The notes under the pieces were generated by a model that was not told the DNA's origin, did no database searches, and saw only the letters and a list, made by a program, of their open reading frames with translations. Shown here one piece after another: positions 38,307 through 47,611 of a stretch of DNA of 64,000 bases. The stretch is taken from the NCBI GenBank assembly GCA_963717505.1, contig OY970342.1:1664001-1728000 (forward strand), read 5' to 3'. Origin of the DNA: Candidatus Eiseniibacteriota bacterium. GTDB taxonomy: Bacteria; Eisenbacteria; RBG-16-71-46. Each line of letters starts with the position of its first letter. The stretch's first letter is position 1. Both the position numbers and the translations under genes were made by a program.

Positions 38307-39059
38307 ATGCGCGCAGTCGCGCGATTTCTATTCATCGTCATCTTCATCGTGCCCGCGGGCTTCGGGCCCCCGCCGGCCCGGGCCGACGGCGACCTCCATC
38401 TCGCCTGGGACGACTGCCGGATCACCGGGGCCGACGACGCCCCCGCGGTCTGCCTGACCAACGAAGGCGCCACCGAGCTCTTCTGCGCGTTCACGCTCGA
38501 TGCCCCGATCCCGGACGTGATCGGCATCGAGGTGGTCGTCGACATTCAGCACAGCGCCGGTCAGCTGCCCGACTGGTGGCACATGCAAGGCAAGGGCGAG
38601 TGCCGCGACGGCTCGCTACTGGCCAGCGGCGACTTCTCGACGAACGGCGTCTGCGTCGATCCCTGGCTCAATCTCGGCGGCGGCCTGGTGCTCTACGATC
38701 CGGGTCTGCCGCGCGGGCAGCCCAGCCAGGCTCGCATCCACGGGACGTACGCCATTCCCTCGGATCAGGCGCGCGAACTGGTCACGGGCGAGATGTACTA
38801 CGGACTAAAGATCGTACTCCGCAACGACCGTTCGGTATTTCCGTTCGAGTGCACCGGGTGCACGCAGCCCGCGTGTCTGGTGCTCAACCAGATCACGCTG
38901 CTCCGGGTGCCGTCGGCCGATCCGCCGGAGATTCCGCTGGTCCGCCCCGGACCCGGGAACGCGAACCGAGTGACCTGGAAAGGCGGCACTGCCGCGGACT
39001 GCACCGCGGTCCCGATCCGAAAGACGACCTGGGGCCAGATCCGAAGTCTGTACCGCTGA
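38307..39059 (+). CDS. secreted Cys-rich beta-protein, paralog 3 (most divergent), C-terminal TWGQIRSLYR
   Basis: Signal peptide (…PARA), LAWDDC, LPDWW, CTGC and CLVLN motifs. Confidence 0.85.
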   Translation: MRAVARFLFIVIFIVPAGFGPPPARADGDLHLAWDDCRITGADDAPAVCLTNEGATELFCAFTLDAPIPDVIGIEVVVDIQHSAGQLPDWWHMQGKGECRDGSLLASGDFSTNGVCVDPWLNLGGGLVLYDPGLPRGQPSQARIHGTYAIPSDQARELVTGEMYYGLKIVLRNDRSVFPFECTGCTQPACLVLNQITLLRVPSADPPEIPLVRPGPGNANRVTWKGGTAADCTAVPIRKTTWGQIRSLYR

Positions 39060-39221
39060 TCGCGGGCTGCGGTATGCTCCCGGCCCCCGCCGGGGCGCGC
39101 CCGGGCGGCCATGGCGCCGCACGGACCGCGTACGGGGGACTGCATCCACGGTCCATCAGGGAAGTCATCGGAACACGGAGTCCACCAGCGTCCCGTCCCC
39201 CGGGACAGGAGAAAACCCGCC

Positions 39222-39947
39222 ATGAAGAACCTGCTGTGCAGTCTGCTCTTGGTCGCGGTGATGCCGGTCGCGGCCCTTGCCGAGGGGATCAACCTCTCAT
39301 GGGACGATTGCGGTGCTGCCGGAACCGACACGAAGACCTGGGTCTGTGATACGAACAGCGGGGCCCCGTTCACGCTGGTCGCGTCGTTCGTCCCGCCGGA
39401 CAACGTTCCGGAGTTCCTCGGAGTCGCGTCCCAGCTCGACTTCCGGATCGGAATCTCGACCACGCCCGACTGGTGGCGTCATGGCTCGGGTCTCTGTCGC
39501 GCCACGACCGGTCTCGCCACGAATTTCGACTTCACCGGTGGGCCGTTCTCCTGCACCGACTTCTACTCAGGTCAGGCGGCCGGTGGCTTCGCCTACGACG
39601 CCGAGTATCCGGGGCCGGGCAATCGCGCGCGCCTTCGCATTCAGCTCGCGGTGCCGTTCGAGAACAAGGGCCCGGTGGCTTCGGACACCGAGTATTACGC
39701 GCTCAAGGTCAACCTGCTCCGTTCGAACACGGGCACCTGCACCGGCTGTCTGACCGAGGCGTGCATCGTGCTGAACTCGATTCAGCTCTATCAGCCGCCG
39801 GAGCAGAACTTCGACCCCGACATCTCGACCACGGTCGCCGGCGGCCGGAGTCACGTGACCTGGCAGGCGGCGTCGATCGCGAACTGCCCGCAGAGCACCG
39901 CCGCTCGGAACGCGACCTGGGGCCAGGTGAAGAGCCTCTATCGCTAG
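39222..39947 (+). CDS. secreted Cys-rich beta-protein, paralog 4, C-terminal TWGQVKSLYR
   Basis: AGGAG SD, signal peptide ALA, homologous to paralogs 1 and 2. Confidence 0.88.
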   Translation: MKNLLCSLLLVAVMPVAALAEGINLSWDDCGAAGTDTKTWVCDTNSGAPFTLVASFVPPDNVPEFLGVASQLDFRIGISTTPDWWRHGSGLCRATTGLATNFDFTGGPFSCTDFYSGQAAGGFAYDAEYPGPGNRARLRIQLAVPFENKGPVASDTEYYALKVNLLRSNTGTCTGCLTEACIVLNSIQLYQPPEQNFDPDISTTVAGGRSHVTWQAASIANCPQSTAARNATWGQVKSLYR

Positions 39948-39969
39948 TTGCTTCGACCGTATTGCGGCG

Positions 39970-40000
39970 GCGGCCACCTTCCCGGCGGGAGGGTGGCCGC
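39970..40000. terminator. hairpin between convergent genes (probable terminator)
   Basis: GCGGCCACCTTCCC-GGC-GGGAGGGTGGCCGC. Confidence 0.65.
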
Positions 40001-40030
40001 AGTCTTCGGATCGCGATGCCGAGCCCGGGG

Positions 40031-41764
40031 TCAGGGAGCCCGGAAGTCGATCGCCATCACCCGCTCGGGATGGGCCTCGACCTTGTAGCGTGGCCGATGG
40101 CGGGCGATCAGCTCCTTGACCCGTCGTTCGGACTCGATGTTCCGCATCGACTCGTCCACCAGCTGTTCGACCTCGCGGAACTCGAGTTGGCGTCCGCCGT
40201 CGTAATTCAGGAGCTGGATCACACCGAAGGAGCCCTGGCGGTCCGGTCCCTCGACCACCACGTTCCCGGGCCGCATCTCCTCGAACAAGACCTTGTGGTA
40301 AGGCCCGTGCTCGTTGTGCGATCGCGTCTGGATCGACCCGCGCGTACGACCGGCGAGCGAATCCGCGCGCAGCAGGGCCGCCGGGTCGGCGCCGGCCACC
40401 AACAGCTGCTTCAGTGAGTCGGCCTCGGCCCGGGTGCTGGCGACCATGGCCACGAACCGCACGGTCGGATAGGTGAAGTACCCCGCCTTGTTGTCCTCGT
40501 AATACTTGCGGCGCTGCTCGGGCGTGATCTGGACCAGAGACTCGACGGAATCGCGAAACAGGTTGGTGACCATCAGCTCCTCGCGCTTCTGATCGATCAA
40601 AGTGGCAGCCAAAGGGTCCTTGTCGATGCCGCGCTCGATGGCCAATTCCACCATGGTCGGCTCCAGGATGAGCGCGTCCACCTGGATCTTGATGGCCTCG
40701 AGCGTCTCCAGCGCCGGACGGAGCATCGGCGACATGCTGTGCAGAGAATGAACCAGGTCCTTCACCGTGACCTGTCCGCTCCGGTGACGGGCCAGGACGC
40801 GACCCTCGTCCGTGGGGCTGAAGTCGGGCAGGTTGGGGTCGATTTCGAGCACTGGAGCTTCATCCCCGGAGGTCAGCTTGACCGACTTGCGGAACTGCTC
40901 GGAGGCCCAAGTGCAGTTGGCCTCGTCGTAGTGAACGTCGAGCTCCGCGATCAGCTCCTTCTGGATCTGTCGGGTTCGAACCGCCGCGCGCTGGTTCTGG
41001 ATCTGGCCGATGATCGCCCGGCGCAACGGCTCGAGGGCCGGAGCCTTGGTCGGCCTGCGTTCCACGAGCTGGACCACCTGGTAGCCGCTCGGATCGCTGA
41101 TGACGTCGGTGATCTGGCCCGGCTTGAAGCTGAACACCTGGGCGGCAAGCATCGCATCGACCCCCATGCGCCCGCGCCAGCCGATGTCGCCGTCGCGCAC
41201 CCGATCCTCGGCCGTCGAGAAGCGTCGAACCGCGACGCTCCACGCGATCTTGCGCGCGACCAGGTCACGCCGCACGCGTTCCGCCGTCGCCCGGTCGGCG
41301 AACTGGATGCGCTTGAGTCGGACTTCCCACTGGAACTGCTCGTAGGTTTCCTGAATGTCCTGTTCGGTGATGTGGATCGAGTCGATGACCATGCGCTGGT
41401 AGAGGACGTTGGAGATCACGCGGTTCGAGTAGTCGCGCAGTTCCGAACGCTGGGCGAAATCGAGCGGTGCGTTGACCTCGTAGGCCAGGAGTGCCAGGAC
41501 TTCCTTGTTGATCATGGTGTTGAGGAAGGTGACGCGCCCCAGGCTGTCCGGGCGCGGGCGGGTCGGCGCGTCGGAGTCGAAGAAGGCCTGCATGAACCGT
41601 TCGGCGCGAATGACGCGGGTTTCGACCCGTGCCATCACCGTGGAGTCGGGCAGCGGCTTGGACTGGGCCGCTCCGGCGACTACCGGCAGGATCGAAAGGG
41701 AGAGCCAGAGCGAGACGGCGAACATCGTCGGGCTCGGCGGGAGAGGGCCATGCACATGGGGCAT
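40031..41764 (-). CDS. secreted SurA/PrsA-like peptidyl-prolyl isomerase/chaperone with two parvulin-like regions
   Basis: Signal-like N-terminus, DGDIGW...VFSFKPGQITDVI...GYQVVQL and ITPEQRRKYYEDNK; GGAGA SD. Confidence 0.8.
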   Translation of the reverse strand: MPHVHGPLPPSPTMFAVSLWLSLSILPVVAGAAQSKPLPDSTVMARVETRVIRAERFMQAFFDSDAPTRPRPDSLGRVTFLNTMINKEVLALLAYEVNAPLDFAQRSELRDYSNRVISNVLYQRMVIDSIHITEQDIQETYEQFQWEVRLKRIQFADRATAERVRRDLVARKIAWSVAVRRFSTAEDRVRDGDIGWRGRMGVDAMLAAQVFSFKPGQITDVISDPSGYQVVQLVERRPTKAPALEPLRRAIIGQIQNQRAAVRTRQIQKELIAELDVHYDEANCTWASEQFRKSVKLTSGDEAPVLEIDPNLPDFSPTDEGRVLARHRSGQVTVKDLVHSLHSMSPMLRPALETLEAIKIQVDALILEPTMVELAIERGIDKDPLAATLIDQKREELMVTNLFRDSVESLVQITPEQRRKYYEDNKAGYFTYPTVRFVAMVASTRAEADSLKQLLVAGADPAALLRADSLAGRTRGSIQTRSHNEHGPYHKVLFEEMRPGNVVVEGPDRQGSFGVIQLLNYDGGRQLEFREVEQLVDESMRNIESERRVKELIARHRPRYKVEAHPERVMAIDFRAP

Positions 41765-41889
41765 GTTCGGAGTCTCCGGGGGCGCTTCCGCGCCGGTAGT
41801 GGGGGTCGCACGCCATCGTCTCGGAACCTGATCGGCCCCGGGTTCGAAGGCTCGGAGTGCGTTCCGGGAAGCAGTCGAAAGGGCCGTTG

Positions 41890-41919
41890 AGTCTAATAAG
41901 GACGCTTGTCGCAGGTCAA
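41890..41919 (-). promoter_or_regulatory. sigma70-type promoter for SurA-like gene
   Basis: Minus strand TTGACC-N18-TAGACT. Confidence 0.7.
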
Positions 41920-41950
41920 CGGCGGCTTGTGCGACTCCCCGGGTCCATGG

Positions 41951-43294
41951 TCAAGGCTCGGTCATTTCCACGAGTACTGCGTCGTTGCTGCGCACGCGCA
42001 CTCGTTTTCGCTCGCGCTCGATCAGCGCACGGAGCCGACCGGCGACCTGATCCTCGTGCCAGGCCCGGCGCACCTCGGGGCGGACCTCGTCGAGCGGCCG
42101 CACGCGGGCCGGGAGAACCGCCTGGACTCGGGTGACCCGCCAGCCGCCGGCCACCGAATCGGGTCCGATCACGGCTCCGGGCCCGGAGCGACGAGCACCT
42201 TCGAACAGGGCGCTGTCGCTCTCCGCGGAGATCTCGATCTCGTAGCGTGCACCTTGCCGGCGCCCGCGCGCCGCCAGGCTTTCGGCGTAAGCGGCGTTTG
42301 CGAGCTCGAGCGCCAGCTTCGTCGCCTCGCGGCGGCCCGGAAGCGTCAACGTGATCACCTGGAGACGAACCGGCAGCGTCCACGAAGCCGAGTGAGTTCG
42401 ATGGAAGTGCTCGAGCGCGCTCGCGTCGGGTTCCGGGATCGGATCGTAGACTTCTCGTTCCATCAGGTGACGTACCGCGATCAGCTCGCGCTCCCGTTCG
42501 AGGGCCGCCTGGAATTCGGGAGTGCGATCGATCCCCGATCGGGTGGCCTCGAGCCGCAGCCAGCGCTCGAACAGACCGTTGTCGACCAGGTTGCGCACCT
42601 GATCGGCCTCGGTGACCCGCGGACGGTAGACCGGCTGGAGGCTGGCGTAGTGGTCGACCAGGTCGCCGACTGTAAAGTTGCCGGCGGCAGCCGTCGTCGC
42701 GAGCGATTTCGCTCGCTCCTCGGTCGTGACCTCGGGGACCGCGCTGAGGGCCCGCATCTGGGCCGCGAGCGAGGAGTCCGACGAAGGTCGCGGCAAAGCC
42801 GCGAAGGCGGCGGCCATGCGTTGGAGCTGCGCCTCGTCGTAACGAGGCGCGAGGGACTGGATCGCGCGTTCCCGGGCGGCGATGCCGACGGTACCGGCGT
42901 CGGCCGCGGAATCCCCGTCTGCGGCCAGAGCGCCTCGGGCGGCCGCCAGGGCCGACTCCAGAGCGGGACGGAGCAGCATGCGATCCCGGGCCGCGGCGAA
43001 GTAGGCGCTGTCCTCCGCGGTCCAGGCCACGGGCTCGCGGGTCGCCGCCGTGGCAATCAGCTCACGGTCGACCAGGGCTTCGAGAAACCCCCGGGCCTCT
43101 TCCGGGGTAGGCACCGATGCCGAGGCCCCGGGGTGGGTTTCGGACCAGGCCCTTTGGAACGACGACACGGTGACGGCCCGCTCCCCGACGGTCGCCAGGA
43201 CCGAGTCTGGGAGGCTGGCCGCTCCGGCGGCAGCGCCCGGGGGCAGGACGAGCACCAGGGCCAGTCCTGCCGCCGAAACCTTAGAGTTCCCCAT
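41951..43294 (-). CDS. secreted SurA/PpiC-like chaperone (degenerate parvulin), related to the neighbouring gene
   Basis: Signal peptide then LPDSVLATVGER (neighbour has LPDSTVMARVETR), FLEALVDRELI and GWRVTRV...RPLDEVRPEV. Alternative start at 43318. Confidence 0.7.
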   Translation of the reverse strand: MGNSKVSAAGLALVLVLPPGAAAGAASLPDSVLATVGERAVTVSSFQRAWSETHPGASASVPTPEEARGFLEALVDRELIATAATREPVAWTAEDSAYFAAARDRMLLRPALESALAAARGALAADGDSAADAGTVGIAARERAIQSLAPRYDEAQLQRMAAAFAALPRPSSDSSLAAQMRALSAVPEVTTEERAKSLATTAAAGNFTVGDLVDHYASLQPVYRPRVTEADQVRNLVDNGLFERWLRLEATRSGIDRTPEFQAALERERELIAVRHLMEREVYDPIPEPDASALEHFHRTHSASWTLPVRLQVITLTLPGRREATKLALELANAAYAESLAARGRRQGARYEIEISAESDSALFEGARRSGPGAVIGPDSVAGGWRVTRVQAVLPARVRPLDEVRPEVRRAWHEDQVAGRLRALIERERKRVRVRSNDAVLVEMTEP

Positions 43295-43320
43295 ATTCCG
43301 ATGCGCTGCGCGACTCATCC

Positions 43321-43350
43321 TTGACCGCTCCGAAAGCCAGTTCCTAGACT
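43321..43350 (+). promoter_or_regulatory. sigma70-type promoter for C25 peptidase gene (near-leaderless)
   Basis: TTGACC-N18-TAGACT; the ATG follows after only 10 nt and there is no SD. Confidence 0.7.
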
Positions 43351-43360
43351 CCCCTCTTCC

Positions 43361-46300
43361 ATGCCCAACTCCCGTTTCGGCATTTCCGCCGTCCTGCTTG
43401 CGCTGGGCGCTTTTCCCGCGCTCCTGAACGCCAGCCCGGTACAGGTCCTCCAGTCCGACGCCCAGGGCGTCACGCTGCGCTGGGAGCTGCCGGAGGCTCG
43501 GAACGTAGCCGGGCCCGACGGCCGGATCACGATCGACGCGCGCCTCGACGCTCATTTGCGCGAGCCCGGCAGGCCCAGCCTGCCGTTCGTTTCGGCGACG
43601 ATCGCCCTGCCCCCGGGCGCACGTCCCGTGGCGCGGTTGGCGGAAAGCTCGCCAGAGGTGGTGTACGACGGCGTGCGAGTTGCCGTCAATGGACGCTCGG
43701 TGCTCCGCGAGAACCCGAACGACGAGGGATTCGTGCCGGCGATCGAGGCGGTGGAGCCGGTCCGGGATGGACTCTGGCCGGTGGAGGAAGTGGCACTCGG
43801 CGATCCCTTCAACGTTCGCCGGCAGCGCCTGGTGGCGGTGCGCGTCTACCCTTACCGCTACGACGAATTGGCGGCGCGCCTGGTGGAACGGCGGAGCATC
43901 ACGGTGCGCGTGGACTTCGTGGGTGCTCGCCTCACCGAGGGCGTGACCTCGCAGGATCGACATTGGGAGCCGGTGCTCAGGAACCTGGTCGTGAATTTCG
44001 AGCAGGCGCGGGCGTGGTTCGAGCGCGCCACCCCGGCTCGCCGCATCGACCCCGAGCAGCTGAGCGGCCCGGCGACCGGGCGCGCGGCGAGCGGCCGGCT
44101 GGGCGCTCAACGGGTGGGCGCTCCGAGCGCCGAGCCGAACGCCGTGGTCGCGTTCGACGAAAGCTATCCCGAAGTCCGACTGCAGACCGACACCACCGGC
44201 GTCTACGGATTCGTGTTCGACGATCTGGAAGCCAGCGGATACCCGGCGGGCGTGCCCGTGTCCGAAGTCAGCGTCCATCGCCACGAGTTCGTCGAGGGCG
44301 CGAACCCCGCCTACGTCACCATCGAGCTGCCGATCGAAGTGGATGACTGGAACGGCAACGGCACCTTCGACTCGGGGGACGCGATCCATTGCTGGGTGCT
44401 GAGCTGGGCCGACCGGTCGAAGGCGAGTTACGCCCAGCGCTACTGGGGCGTCGGCGAGGCGCTGTACGCCACCCGGATCCGGGACCGGCCCGGTTTGCGA
44501 CTGCCGAGTCGCTCCGGTTGGCACGGCCTCACGCTGACCCCGTTGGCTTCGTATCCGTTCCTCCAGCGGTTCGAACGGGAGAACTACTATTTCCCGACGC
44601 CGCCCGACACCAACTTCGATACGTTTCACTGGAACGAGCTGCTGCAGTTTGCGCGACCCGAATCCACGACGTTCGAGGTCAACCACCTCGACACCTCGCG
44701 CAGCGTGACCTTCTCGGTCACCTGGAACGGCCGCCGCAACCTGATCCGTTCGGCGTGGGCGCATGTGCGCAACGGCCGCCGCGAGATCACCTCGATCGCC
44801 GACTCGGTGCGCTGGTTCGGCCTGGCCGAGATCACGCGTAGCGCGACGCTCAACGGCTCGGCGCTGACCGAAGGGCCGACCAATGTGTTCCGCACCTGGG
44901 GCAAGAACAGCGACCTGGACCTGTTCGCCAATTGCGCCCTCAACCGCTTCGACGTCGTCTACTGGCGCGCCTTCCGGGCACTCGGCCGGAACCTGACCTG
45001 CAACAGCGGATCGACGTTGGGTTTCTTCGAGATCCAGGGCGCGGGCTTCCCGACCAACGCCATTCGGGTCTACGACGTCACCGACTCGCTCAACCCGGTG
45101 CGCCTGGTCATCGACCCAGCGCGCATCACGTTCGACGGTTCGCGGTATACCGTGGCCTTCCAGGACTCGAGCGGCGGCGAGCGCCGACGCTACGTGGCGT
45201 ACGACGTGCCCAAGATCCTGCCGGTCGAGCGCATGGCGGCGGTGACGCGCCGCAATCTGGCGGGCGGCGCGCCGGCCAGCTACCTGCTGGTGGCGCCCGA
45301 GGAATTCCTGGGCGTCGTCCAGCCGCTGGTCGATCTCCGAACCTCGCAGGGGCTCGAGGTGCGGGTGGCGCCGACCCAGTCGATCTACGACGAGTTCAAC
45401 GGCGGCCGGAAGTCGTCGTACGCGCTCAAGCGCTTCTTCCGCTACGCGTACGACAACTGGAATGCCGAGTTCGTAATGCTATTGGGCGACGGCAGCGAGG
45501 ATCCCCAGCGTCTCCTCGGGCGGGACCCGATCTTCTTCCCGGACGGCAATGCAGGACCGGACTGGGTCCCGGCGCAGAAGATCATGGGCCCGGTGCCGGC
45601 CAACGACCTGCGCGAGGCGATCCCGAGCGATACCTGGCTCGTGAACTTCTACGGCTCGGTCCCCACCGACAGCTCGAGCCTGCCGAGCATGTTCGTCGGC
45701 CGGATTCCCACCTACGACGTGACCGCCCTCCAGGCGGTGATCCAGAAGATCGTGGACTACGAGGCCATCGATCCGGACGCTCCGTGGCGGCGGAAGGCGC
45801 TCCTGCTCGCCGACGACCGGTACTCGTCGACCAGCTTCTTCGGCGGCGGCACCACCACCACCACTTACTGCAAGAAGGACTACGAAGACGTCTTCAACAC
45901 GCTCAGCGAGCGGGTACGCGAAATCATCCACGACGAGGCCGGCCTCAAGTTGATGGACGTCGAGGTGTTCGACGCTCAGTACTACATGGCCGGGTTCCGA
46001 ACCTACTTCGACGCGACGTACGACACCTGCCGCGGGGTACCGACCCAGAGCCACGCCCGGAACTGGGCTGATGCCCAGGCGTACGGCCATGCGTTCGTCA
46101 GTCCGCTGGTCCTCGCGCGTCTCAATGCCGGTGTGCTGTGGTGGAACTACCAGGGCCACGCCAACCAGTACGTGATCGCTCACGAGAACCTGTACGTCAA
46201 TGGCACCAGCTTCGACGACCGCAACCTGCTGACCAACGTCGACCGGCCGTTCCTGTTCAGCGGATTCTCGTGCCATCCGAACGGGTTCGCCGCCGCCGAG

Positions 46301-47611
46301 GAGCTCGAGGGCAACAAGGGCCCGTCCTTCGGCGAGGACCTGGTCATGCTGTCGGACCGAGGCGCGATCGCGTCGTGGGCATCCTCGGGCTACGAGATCC
46401 TGCCGTCCCAGTTCGCGACCGAGCACATCAACACCCGCTTCGCGCGCTCGCTGACCGCCGATCCGCCGCGCGACCCCACGCTCGGCGCCAACGGCGCGCG
46501 GGTCGTCCTCGGCGAGGCGATCGCGCAGGCGCTGCTCCAGAACTTCGCGGTCGAGAGCGGGACCGAGAAGACCGTCGGGATCTCCTACCTTTTGCTCGGG
46601 GATCCCGCGACGCGCTTCTCGATCGGAGCGCCACAGATCCTGGTCACCGCCAACGGCGACACGGTGACCCACGACCAGCCGGTGCGGCTGGTGACTGGGG
46701 GCGACACGCTGCGCATCGAGGCCGAGCTGGTGTCCAACGTCCAGCTCACCACGCTGACCTTCGAGTATCAGGACGCGTTCGGTACGCGCACGATTCCCAC
46801 GGCCGACTACACCGTGACGCCCGCGTTCCCGGACACCGGCGCCGGGAGCACCGGTGCCCGTCGTTTCCACCTGGTCTATCGGACGTCGCTGGCGTCGGGA
46901 TCGTACCGCTACATCCTGCGCACCACCGATCGCAATGGGCTGCCGAGCCGGTTCGACATCGTGTTCCAGCTCCAGGCCCAGCTGCGCGCCGAGGGGGCGC
47001 CGATCCGCGATGGCGATCCGGTGTCCAGCACCGCCAACCTGTCGCTGCTGTTCCTGTCGCCGATCCCGCTGACACCGGCGACCGACATCGAGCTGCGCGT
47101 GAACGGCACGCCGCAACCGTTCGCCTTCGTTCCCGCGAACAACGACACCAGCAGCCGCGAATGGCTGTTGAGCTGGACGCACCTGCCCTACGCGGCCGGC
47201 ACCTACTCGCTCGAGATCCGCCTGCAGGGCACACTGGTTGCGACCGTCACGTTCACCGTCACCGATGCGGTGAGCTTCCGCGACCTGATGGCGTTCCCCA
47301 ATCCATTCGACAACGAGTACGGCACGCGGTTCTCGTTCATGTTCGACAGCCCGGCGCCGTTCGACCTGCTGCTACGGGTGTACACGGTGTCGGGGCGGTT
47401 GATCTTCGAGCGCACCGAGCGCAGTCTGCAGCCCGGCTACCACCAGATTCCGTGGGACGGTCTCGACGCCGAGGGCGAGGAGCTGGCGAACGGGGTCTAC
47501 TTCTTCAAGCTGCTGGCGCGCAGCAGCGCCGGCTCGACCACCGAAACCGGCCGGCTGGTGAAGCTGCGCCGGCCGCGCACCGAGGAACCCGAGGAAACCG
47601 GAGCCCCATGA
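43361..47611 (+). CDS. C25 family cysteine peptidase (gingipain/PorU-like) with propeptide and T9SS/FlgD-like C-terminal domain
   Basis: Signal peptide and propeptide EPGRPSLP. C25 core IYDEFNGG, VMLLGD, VGRIP, KIVDYE, catalytic YQGH and FSC, LLGDP. C-terminal AFPNPF...VYTVSGRLI...WDGLD..G..LANGVYFFKL. Confidence 0.88.
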   Translation: MPNSRFGISAVLLALGAFPALLNASPVQVLQSDAQGVTLRWELPEARNVAGPDGRITIDARLDAHLREPGRPSLPFVSATIALPPGARPVARLAESSPEVVYDGVRVAVNGRSVLRENPNDEGFVPAIEAVEPVRDGLWPVEEVALGDPFNVRRQRLVAVRVYPYRYDELAARLVERRSITVRVDFVGARLTEGVTSQDRHWEPVLRNLVVNFEQARAWFERATPARRIDPEQLSGPATGRAASGRLGAQRVGAPSAEPNAVVAFDESYPEVRLQTDTTGVYGFVFDDLEASGYPAGVPVSEVSVHRHEFVEGANPAYVTIELPIEVDDWNGNGTFDSGDAIHCWVLSWADRSKASYAQRYWGVGEALYATRIRDRPGLRLPSRSGWHGLTLTPLASYPFLQRFERENYYFPTPPDTNFDTFHWNELLQFARPESTTFEVNHLDTSRSVTFSVTWNGRRNLIRSAWAHVRNGRREITSIADSVRWFGLAEITRSATLNGSALTEGPTNVFRTWGKNSDLDLFANCALNRFDVVYWRAFRALGRNLTCNSGSTLGFFEIQGAGFPTNAIRVYDVTDSLNPVRLVIDPARITFDGSRYTVAFQDSSGGERRRYVAYDVPKILPVERMAAVTRRNLAGGAPASYLLVAPEEFLGVVQPLVDLRTSQGLEVRVAPTQSIYDEFNGGRKSSYALKRFFRYAYDNWNAEFVMLLGDGSEDPQRLLGRDPIFFPDGNAGPDWVPAQKIMGPVPANDLREAIPSDTWLVNFYGSVPTDSSSLPSMFVGRIPTYDVTALQAVIQKIVDYEAIDPDAPWRRKALLLADDRYSSTSFFGGGTTTTTYCKKDYEDVFNTLSERVREIIHDEAGLKLMDVEVFDAQYYMAGFRTYFDATYDTCRGVPTQSHARNWADAQAYGHAFVSPLVLARLNAGVLWWNYQGHANQYVIAHENLYVNGTSFDDRNLLTNVDRPFLFSGFSCHPNGFAAAEELEGNKGPSFGEDLVMLSDRGAIASWASSGYEILPSQFATEHINTRFARSLTADPPRDPTLGANGARVVLGEAIAQALLQNFAVESGTEKTVGISYLLLGDPATRFSIGAPQILVTANGDTVTHDQPVRLVTGGDTLRIEAELVSNVQLTTLTFEYQDAFGTRTIPTADYTVTPAFPDTGAGSTGARRFHLVYRTSLASGSYRYILRTTDRNGLPSRFDIVFQLQAQLRAEGAPIRDGDPVSSTANLSLLFLSPIPLTPATDIELRVNGTPQPFAFVPANNDTSSREWLLSWTHLPYAAGTYSLEIRLQGTLVATVTFTVTDAVSFRDLMAFPNPFDNEYGTRFSFMFDSPAPFDLLLRVYTVSGRLIFERTERSLQPGYHQIPWDGLDAEGEELANGVYFFKLLARSSAGSTTETGRLVKLRRPRTEEPEETGAP

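Noticed and set aside
36631-39947. Paralogs as a diversity-generating retroelement or CRISPR-like repeat array
   Set aside because: There is no reverse transcriptase, no adenine-specific TR/VR pair and no regularly spaced short repeats. The similarity is whole-gene paralogy.
36631-39947. Cys-rich paralogs as RiPP precursors or c-type cytochromes
   Set aside because: They are too long, have Sec signals and no modifying enzymes nearby. The CxxC motifs lack the following His.
35403-40000. Paralog array next to tRNA-Val as an integrated genomic island
   Set aside because: No integrase was found and no duplicated tRNA 3' end (att) was seen. The composition shift is better explained by high-expression codon usage.
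45842-45865. GGC/ACC triplet run (GGGTTTTT) in the C25 gene as a phase-variable tract
   Set aside because: It is a short in-frame triplet repeat encoding a linker and cannot frameshift.
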